A stretch of DNA of 40,838 nucleotides from Lenisia limosa (Eukaryota > Protista > Breviatea): positions 1 to 40,838 of the forward strand of contig LPNZ01010565.1 in the NCBI GenBank assembly GCA_001655205.1. The letters run 5' to 3'. This document shows positions 36,301 through 40,838 of the stretch, piece by piece; within the stretch, counting starts at the first letter, position 1; every line of letters begins with the position of its first letter. The translations under genes and the position numbers were made by a program. The notes under the pieces were generated by a model. The model saw nothing but the letters and a program-made list of their open reading frames with translations, was not told the DNA's origin and made no database searches.

Positions 36301-37448
36301 AAGGAAAGGAGGGGAAGGTAACACCACATAGAAACTTCTCAAGGTTTGAAAGTTTACCAATAATATCATGATGACGTGTATGTTTATCATCAAGAATTTA
36401 TCTTGAATTCTGTCTAATTTAATACCGAGTGAAGCTCTAAATACAAGGGTATATATAATAACAAAAAAACCCACATACGCGATTCCATGACTGGTATCTA
36501 CTGGTAAATCCGAACAAGTAGTTGGAAACAGGTTGCCAGCTAAGACATAGTTAGAACTTTGTATGTACACTAACCACGATAAGCCTTGTAAAGTAATATT
36601 ATTAAAAAAGCCCAATGTCTGTGTCAGGACTTATTGTGGTCAGTGTATGTGAAGTAACAAGTCATGCATAAAGCACAGTTTAACCGCTAGATTTATAATC
36701 TTAGTTTCAATAGAGGCATTACAGCAAAAAAAAAAAGATTACAAGGGCTTCACATCGGTTAGAAAAAAGACTGAATGTCTCGATAAATCCTCGAAAACTA
36801 TCGATATTTTTCCGATTTTTTTCGAACTGAAGTGAAGCCCTAAAGAGATGCTCCATTCTTCAAAAACTATTCCCACTCAGAGTGAAGCCTTCTGGACCTA
36901 GTGTCGGGGTAGTGGGAGTACTGCACCCTGGAGAAGTGTTCACAACGACGTCATCATTTAGGCGGCCAAAGATCACGGGATGACTCCATGCCGAAGAAAG
37001 CAGTAGGAGCCATAGAACTGCATGGTGAAAAGAGGGTACTTTTCTGACAAAAAGCCGTTATATTGCAACCTAAGATGCTATTGTGTGTCAACAAATTGAG
37101 TAAGTAAGATTGAAGTATCACTGTGAGGGCGAATGGTGGGGGAGGGTAAAGAATGAAAATCTAAAAACACTGCCGTAGGTAGGTTATTCTGACGCAAAAG
37201 TCAACACCACCAAAAACAAAGGGTTTGGAGTTCACTGTAGAAAAGGAGAAATTAAGACAAGATAGACAAGCATCACCATACACATCATAACTCGAACATT
37301 TTCAGCCATGTGATATTAGTACTTATTGGAAGATTGGAGGTATAACACGCACAACATCTATACTTGCTGCTCAAATCAAACAACAACCAAATTGAGGAAA
37401 AGCAAAGTGGCATTTCATTGCAACGTTTATACTTGCATACCTAGCCAT
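366..37448 (-). CDS. Giant multi-exon secreted/surface Cys-rich protein (signal peptide + GCC2/GCC3 ephrin-receptor-like repeats + furin-like repeats + IPT/Ig-like repeats); 3' incomplete
   Basis: Manual GT-AG exon walk with mostly consistent phases. Exons from 5' to 3' of the gene: 37441-37448, ~36900-37043, 36479-36618, 36125-36186, 35534-35634, (35100-35440 unresolved), 34771-34844, 34308-34376, 34041-34090, 33713-33767, 33459-33524, 33227-33309, 32936-32973, 32751-32800, 32351-32439, 32094-32165, 31694-31752, 30904-30959, 30522-30628, 30127-30202, 29827-29882, 29659-29718, 29399-29448, 28853-28935, 28310-28371, 27800-27887, 27657-27701, 27269-27354, 26244-26308, 25689-25747, 25421-25530, 25100-25220, 24718-24838, 24229-24271, 24030-24129, 20762-20838, 20562-20622, 20267-20367, 19751-19876, 19258-19394, 18736-18804, 18147-18313, 17803-17831, 17461-17509, 17271-17372, 16913-17004, 16601-16667, 16010-16200, 15925-15964, (15540-15900 unresolved), 15449-15535, 14798-14954, 14345-14456, 14150-14211, gap-14024, 13759-13841, 13467-13612, 12930-13037, 12675-12777, 12355-12437, 12074-12130, 11812-11860, 11572-11630, 11426-11534, 11092-11192, 10645-10726, 9512-9564/9597, 9090-9199, 8772-8867, 8399-8501, 7933-7987, 7565-7617, 7122-7271, 6783-6862, ~6456-6576, 6066-6165, 5738-5971, 5284-5385, 4108-4167, 3703-3805, 3544-3563, 3311-3356, 3188-3235, 2980-3068, 2556-2729, 2070-2167, 1437-1552, 634-699, 366-449. 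Spliced motifs include CPIGTYYLNSSLCINC, CDVCPPGSYNPTPGEPCKMCPPG and CEPCPIGTYKNYVGDAVCLTC. Introns are T-rich on the minus strand. Several boundaries are uncertain and N gaps may hide exons. Confidence 0.85.
3567..3655 (+). mobile_element. MITE family 1 copy abutting a 3' splice site
   Basis: gcttcacttacggttcaaaaaagactgag...aaagtgaactc; directly adjacent to the acceptor at 3564-3566. Confidence 0.75.
3703..11192 (-). CDS. IPT/TIG- or Ig-like beta-sandwich repeats
   Basis: Cys-poor exons such as GAVEVKVQLKFFNTLKDPKLYLNIEDPEIHVDVDPVDVFLGGSATL, EFKEVFPTSCAEGQCDLVVIGKHF, DGSFITFYDTEISIIVSPTPALLKGNTVTSVNGQAVFSNLQF. The family label is by eye. Confidence 0.55.
3901..3998 (+). repeat. Dispersed repeat family 2 (~100 bp); other copies at 1244-1298, 4043-4070 (partial), 18590-18645, 27090-27190 and 30258-30312
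   Basis: Shared core gcaatgagaaata(a)nataagg..gtatctggYcgaagYcgtccacaYcatcacgct...atactggattatagtata. All copies are in the same orientation. Confidence 0.75.
4270..5040 (-). pseudogene. Decayed protein-coding remnant inside an intron, probably transposon-derived; family unknown
   Basis: A GC-richer, codon-like stretch in intron 4168-5283. Its longest plausible fragment is QDDKEVAEQFNLELTVFSYLQKRGLGKETTIDKPGLFEKKMNNLKILGADSLTKETRTWTLKEW*, flanked by frameshifted and stop-riddled segments. Confidence 0.45.
5509..5600. mobile_element. MITE family 1 copy (diverged)
   Basis: ggtttcactaaggttcgaaa...ttttggattgcagtgaagccc. Confidence 0.65.
8276..8370 (+). mobile_element. MITE family 1 copy
   Basis: ttcacttcggttcgaaaaaaagattgaattt...ttttcgaaccgaagtgaagtcc. 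Confidence 0.85.
9580..10641. mobile_element. Non-autonomous TIR element with TA TSD (Tc1/mariner-type), ~1.06 kb including an N gap
   Basis: 31-bp TIRs at 9580-9610 (caacaccttttgttgatcctggggaaatttg) and 10611-10641 match 30/31. TA sits at 9578-79 and 10642-43. No transposase is visible inside. Confidence 0.8.
10750..10844 (+). mobile_element. MITE family 1 copy
   Basis: gcttcggtccgaaaaaaaagactgaattt...gggaccggagtgaaacc followed by taa. Confidence 0.75.
11314..11406 (-). mobile_element. MITE family 1 copy (highly diverged)
   Basis: gtgttcactaagtcagaaaa...ttttcgagaaattcaatcatttttgtaccagagtaaaatccc. Confidence 0.5.
11426..12437 (-). CDS. Furin-like cysteine-rich repeats
   Basis: Spliced reading NCSDTCGSCYAYPDLCSGCPSGKFLHENACKENCPLYTYESGGAC and KCLEGCIQCDSSSCLLCDETRYIFAYGSTAC matches the C-x3-C-x2-C ... 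C-x2-C-x2-G-x2-L ... C-x3-CP spacing of furin-like repeats. Confidence 0.75.
12675..33309 (-). CDS. Main block of Cys-rich GCC2/GCC3 (ephrin-receptor-like)/EGF-like repeats
   Basis: Recurrent C-x2-C-P-x-G-x-(Y/F) and C-x-C-P-x-G motifs across about 45 exons, e.g. GCQICPKGYFSEAGDLNCRVCSAG, CKCPAGTALFDGKCKYCPPGTG, CEPCGQGYYPNVNASSCDPCPAHHYCPNG. Confidence 0.85.
13054..13149 (-). mobile_element. MITE family 1 copy
   Basis: cggcttaacttcggttcgaaa...tcgagaaattcagtc...aaaccaaagtgaagcc. Confidence 0.8.
16218..16313 (+). mobile_element. MITE family 1 copy
   Basis: atcggttcaaaaaaatactgaattgctcgat...ctcgaaaactatc...tttttcggaccgaagagaaacc. Confidence 0.75.
17072..17166 (+). mobile_element. MITE family 1 copy
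   Basis: gttcgaacaaa...ctcgatataccctcgaaaactatcg...ttttcggattgaagtgaaaccc followed by taa. Confidence 0.75.
18457..18550 (-). mobile_element. MITE family 1 copy
   Basis: ggacttcacttcggttcgaaaaataccggtaaaatatcaatagttttcgagg...gaagtgaagcg. Confidence 0.8.
19930..20017. repeat. Intronic minisatellite, three copies of a 29-bp unit
   Basis: Unit gaataacaggataaaccaaactgtatgaa repeated three times head-to-tail with few substitutions. Confidence 0.85.
22220..22905 (+). pseudogene. Degraded DDE_1/pogo-type transposase catalytic region
   Basis: Fragments DRVIMFDEIAF, VNKSGYLTTESF, LFFIGDGARPHVTPEV and IFEIEPPLCHIFLQ follow the order of the pogo motifs (N/F)DE, SGWMT..F, lilDghssH and lPP..h.lQP. They are broken by stops and frameshifts. 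Confidence 0.75.
23594..23676. repeat. Perfect fold-back: 36-bp arms, 11-nt loop
   Basis: tataattctttgttttagaacgcggagaacaagtgg (23594-23629) is the exact reverse complement of 23641-23676. Confidence 0.95.
26387..27052. mobile_element. Non-autonomous TIR element (666 bp) with 59-bp TIRs
   Basis: 26387-26445 and 26994-27052 are inverted repeats matching 57/59, with internal ccggac/cccggac sub-repeats. The right end abuts a (TA)n tract. There is no ORF. Confidence 0.8.
27090..27190 (+). repeat. Dispersed repeat family 2 copy
   Basis: gcaatgagaaataaaaaaaataaggtagtatctgaccgaagtcgtccacaccatcacgctaatcagagatattggattatagtata; follows a (TA)n tract. Confidence 0.75.
28971..29038 (+). repeat. Dispersed repeat family 3 (~70 bp); other copies at 4195-4266 and 35688-35752
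   Basis: Shared ccYaaaatcaactctgttgg...caacaca.aagtgttgaaaaca.caaaacaaa; all three copies are in the same orientation. Confidence 0.7.
32258..32340 (-). mobile_element. MITE family 1 copy (one TIR truncated, next to a splice donor)
   Basis: tcggttcaaaaaaaacccg...ctcgatagttttc...gaaaaatgcagtttttttt. Confidence 0.6.
33459..36618 (-). CDS. N-terminal Cys-poor, beta-strand-rich region (possible LamG/ConA-like fold; unverified)
   Basis: Exons read ETPFAIIEVKLSKSEIQVIVSLNGIVLTKQFAYE and VQLIALGKTFEFDLPAAQLFRIQTEFFAEVGYLSIGRLIDYSCTTVRTPDVLGAYALNDFNFFE. The coding call rests on splice sites and phases; the fold label is inference only. Confidence 0.5.
33800..33887. repeat. Perfect fold-back: 33-bp arms, 22-nt spacer
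   Basis: aaccatcctcaataacactatccgcatctgaca (33800-33832) is the exact reverse complement of 33855-33887. Confidence 0.95.
35900..36072. repeat. Degenerate (TA)n/ATATCAT low-complexity tract; similar tracts at ~1380-1425, 16360-16440, 17940-18020, 27056-27089 and 38008-38036
   Basis: Directly visible TA-rich low-complexity sequence. Confidence 0.8.
36745..36840 (+). mobile_element. MITE family 1, best-preserved copy (96 bp)
   Basis: gggcttcacatcggttagaaaaa...ttttcgaactgaagtgaagccc; TIR consensus GGGCTTCACTTCGGTTCGAAAAA; core gactgaat.tctcgataaatcctcgaaaactatcgatatt; flanks caa/taa. Confidence 0.85.
36900..37448 (-). CDS. Start exons with predicted signal peptide MARKVPSFHHAVLWLLLLSSAWS-HPVIFG
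   Basis: An 8-nt coding exon ATGGCTAG|gtatgc (37441-37448) joins in phase 2 to ttttgtcag|A AAA GTA (exon starting at 37043). The product has a basic N-terminus, a hydrophobic core and a small-residue cleavage site. An in-frame TAG upstream makes this the first ATG in frame. Confidence 0.65.
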
Positions 37449-37912
37449 GAGGAAATCATAGATTCCAGTGATCAGTCTCTATCGCTGCTGTAGCACTAGA
37501 ATAATCATCGAATGATTCCAAATATTCTACAGATAAGTCTGATGCTATAATCTAATAATTTAAGTTTTTCAGGAGAGATGAGACAAGACTCATACTGGCG
37601 GAGAGCTGTAGTGTCGACGGGAGAGAGAGAGAGAGAGAGAGAGAGCAGCCAGTTGGAATCGCCGTTACACAATCGGTATAAAAGAAGGTGAAATCGGAGA
37701 CTCGCCGGCGAACAGGGAAGAAGCAAAGCAGCAGATCAGAAAAGAATAAATAATACATGGGGATGGGGAGGGGGCATCGATGCTCTAGTGGCAAGACACC
37801 AAACACACACAACACACGTATTTCCCAAGTATTTCCCTTTCCCCTTATCCCCTTGTACCTTTTTGAATGGCCTGTCTTCACTTGGCCACAGAAGGTACCA
37901 GGAAAGAAGGAC
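37449..37912. promoter_or_regulatory. Putative shared (bidirectional) promoter/5' UTR region between divergent genes
   Basis: Lies between the minus-strand ATG (37448) and the candidate plus-strand ATG (37913). It is locally GC-richer, contains (GA)12 at 37621-37645, and the intronic A/T strand skew flips across it. Confidence 0.45.
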
Positions 37913-38003
37913 ATGGAAATGTATGGACAATTTGAGGTTGGCTTTCTTTTTACTGTGTGTCTCAAATAAGGTCAAATTGTAAATCGGTCAAAACTTAAAC
38001 AGG

Positions 38004-38039
<36 letters not shown>

Positions 38040-38164
38040 CTTCTTATTTTCTTTCAACTTTAATGTCATTTTATCTGTGATGACCCAATAAAAGTTTGTT
38101 ATTTCCTTTGCTACTTGCTTTAATAAAATTAGCTGTCTACCTCATATTTTTAACTCGGAGCTAG

Positions 38165-40077
38165 CTTGTTGATCTCGCATTCGCGATTGCCAATGATGGT
38201 GCTCTCGAATTGGCTCTTTTTTACTTCCATTCTGGTGTTTCCTTCAACGTTGTGAATAATAAGGTATAGAGGGAGGAGGGTTTTTATTACAACTTCCTGT
38301 TTCGGTTATAAAACAGGTTAACACTATCAAGATTGATATAAAAAGTATCAAAAATGTTTCTGTTAGGGCTATTTATTACTCATACTCTGATTTCCGTCGA
38401 AAGAGTGGAATAGTTCTCAAAATATTATGTTTTTGAGAACTTGTGCTGCATCTCAACAATTTATTGCAAAAACTCAATCCTTCTGTAGATTTTCAATGAA
38501 CCATTCTGTACACCCGGCATGTTGTTTATTTTATGATAGTATCAACTTCACAGGGACAGACACCCTTGACGATAGCTGCAGAAAACGGAAATACGGATTT
38601 GGTCCAATTTTTCATTGATTCGGGCATCGACATTCATTCTAAAGACACAGCAATGGTAAGACACCCTTTGATAGTTGTGGGGATTATGGATGAACTGTCG
38701 TCATTATCTGTCTTGCTGAAATCATCTAAAACCTCAAAAGAATATGATACCTGTATATACAGTCGGGAGAAATCCTGACACGATTGGCTAAAGTTGAAGT
38801 CAACATCCGTGCCATGACTTATGATGGACTGTGTTACTATTGTTCAGTTGTCCTCCTGCCTTATATTCGATAACAACTCGGGCTTCGCTTCGATTCGAAA
38901 AAAAAATGAATTTCTCGATAAATTATCGAAACTATCCATAATGTACTGGAAATTTTCGTTCCGAAGCAACATTTGTCTTCATCTTTGGCATCGTACCAAA
39001 TTTACTTACTAGACATTTTCTCAATTTGTATTAGCCTTTTACTGATTTTAAAAGAATTTTCAATACCTTCAGGAACGAACTGCCTTGTTTTCTGCCTGTG
39101 AAAACGGACATCTTGAGATTGCTCGAACATTGGTGAACCATGGGGCAAATGTCAATGAAGAAGACATGATGGTGAGTCAAGGATCTTAAATATATGGGAG
39201 CTTCATTTTAGTCAATGGGTAAGACTTCATCAATAGTAGATCGACATTGAGCTTTACTTTTGAACTAAACTGATTATTTACATCTGATATACTCCAGGAA
39301 AAGTTGATATTTACTTCGATTTGCTGACTAGATTGTTCTTTCAACCCATAGTCTCACCGAAATTATATTCAAAAACACTCAAAATAGCACTTATACTGAA
39401 AGTTGATAGCTAATTGCTTGTCTGGAAGATATCTCTACGGTCTCCCCTTTTAAGATATTATTGATATTATTCTAGTTTTGTTTTTGAAATTGTAGGGGGT
39501 ATCCGTTCTTAAAGCAGCGTGCAACTGCTCGCAACATGACATTGTCACATTTTTATGCGAAATTAGCGTAAACCTCAGAGACGTATGATTTGGATATCAC
39601 TTGGGCTTCGCTCTGGTTCTAAAAATGACTGAATTTCTGCATATATAATCCTTGAAAACTATCGATATATTACCGAGGTTTTTTGAACCGAAGTGAATCC
39701 ATTGTCTCATCACAGTGTCACATCATAGAGTAATTGTGATATATCTTTTGGTGCTGGAACCATAAACAAAGAAATGAAACGTAAAAGTACAGTAAACAGG
39801 ATAAGTCTTAGTTACTTTGCTATTCCCCAAGGAAAAACGGTCAAGACGGTCAAGTCTAACCAAGGTTACTGCAATTGGGTCACTGTATACAACAGGATGA
39901 TATATATGCGATGGTTTGGAAAAATAAAGATCCAAGATGAAAGCTCTTCTACAATTTATTCGCCTTTCTTTATCATACTTTCAGGACCACCTGCTCTTTT
40001 CGGCATGTTGGCATGACCCAGTTCTAGCAAAGATACTGATGCGATTTGGTGCCGAAATAAATCACAGAGTGGTGAAT
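38165..40077 (+). CDS. Ankyrin-repeat protein, one repeat per exon; probably continues past the gap at 40110
   Basis: Phase-0 exons: 38165-38263 (LVDLAFAIANDGALELALFYFHSGVSFNVVNNK), 38554-38655 (GQTPLTIAAENGNTDLVQFFIDSGIDIHSKDTAM), 39073-39171 (ERTALFSACENGHLEIARTLVNHGANVNEEDMM), 39496-39582, 39985-40077. All are AG/GT-bounded. A possible first exon is 37913-37936 (MEMYGQFE|gttggc). Confidence 0.88.
38880..38970 (+). mobile_element. MITE family 1 copy (ankyrin gene intron)
   Basis: gggcttcgcttcgattcgaaaaaaaatgaatttctcgataaat...ttttcgttccgaagc. Confidence 0.75.
39603..39701 (+). mobile_element. MITE family 1 copy (ankyrin gene intron)
   Basis: gggcttcgctctggttctaaaaatgactgaatttct...gaaaactatcgatat...ttttgaaccgaagtgaatcc. 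Confidence 0.8.
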
Positions 40078-40838
40078 GTAGGTGGGGTGTAATTACGTCT
40101 TTCTCTTCTACACCAGTCTATGGTATATTNNNNNNNNNNNNNNNNNNNNNNNNNNNNNNNNNNNNGAACGCAAACACTCACATGAACGCGAACACTTTTT
40201 AAAAACATCCAAAAATCCGCAATTAGATGCGATTTAACTCATCATTTTAACACAATATTCAATAATTAACACTGGAAAAGCGTTTTTTAGCAAAATTGAT
40301 TTTTTAGAATTTTCTAAAATAGTCTCTTAAAAATTCAGTTCAGTTCATTTCCCCTTTTCTCTAGTTTTTTTTTTCAGAGCCCCTATTTTACAGTTTGCTA
40401 GCTTTGTACCTCACTTTTGTTTCCTGAGTTTTGTTTTGCACAAAAGACCAATAAAGACCCTCGGAACAATCATCCCAACATTCACCCGAATTGTCACGTT
40501 TTTGTCCTCTCCACGAGTCTCAAGAAGCTTTTAATCATTGTTTGAGGTTGTTCATTGGGGGTAACCTCCAAAAAATACAAGAGTATACAGGACCACATTC
40601 TCTAGTTGTGGTGTGTCCATTTTTCAAAGGATTTTGAGGATATTCATAGAGGAGTATTACTATAGTATCGAATTCAACTGGAAAACACCACTATAATATT
40701 TTACACTATTTCAACAGAATTACATTTGATGTTTATGCTCTGTCGCTGACAAATAAAATGCCACCTCATTGTTTTCACTGTTTTATTTATGAATCCGTTT
40801 GAAAGGATTCTATAATCTGTCGGGAGAGCAATGGGTTC

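Noticed and set aside
527-40016. Most ORFs in the supplied six-frame track as stand-alone genes
   Set aside because: They are single exons read into introns, antisense shadows, AT-rich low-complexity sequence or run through N gaps. Only the ankyrin, transposase and Cys-rich fragments are meaningful.
40146-40838. Further exons or a transposon end after the last gap
   Set aside because: No ankyrin-like frame, TIR partner or convincing splice pair is visible within the window.
1-40838. tRNA, rRNA or snRNA genes
   Set aside because: No cloverleaf, rRNA-like or Sm-site motif was recognised by eye. tRNAscan or Infernal would be needed to exclude them fully.

Overview
AT-rich, intron-dense eukaryotic genomic DNA (standard genetic code, draft assembly with N gaps mostly next to G/C homopolymers). 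The organism cannot be identified from the sequence alone. Most of the window (366-37448, minus strand) is one very large gene that I walked by hand: about 85-90 small exons, roughly 2,500 aa in the window, 3' end beyond the window start. It encodes a predicted signal peptide, a beta-rich N-terminal region, a long run of Cys-rich GCC2/GCC3 (ephrin-receptor-like) repeats, furin-like repeats, IPT/TIG- or Ig-like repeats and more Cys-rich repeats. Head-to-head with it, an ankyrin-repeat gene starts on the plus strand (~37913/38165 to at least 40077) with one repeat per phase-0 exon. The introns hold many transposons: at least 14 copies of a ~95-bp MITE, a 2.8-kb pogo-like Tc1/mariner fossil with TIRs and TA TSD, a ~1.06-kb TIR/TA element, a 666-bp TIR element, a decayed unknown ORF, two strand-biased short repeat families and two perfect fold-back hairpins. 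The most unusual observation is the 1.06-kb element: it is inserted into the GT of a splice donor, makes up essentially a whole intron, and carries an in-phase acceptor inside its TIR. All gene models and family labels are manual inferences; no databases were searched.
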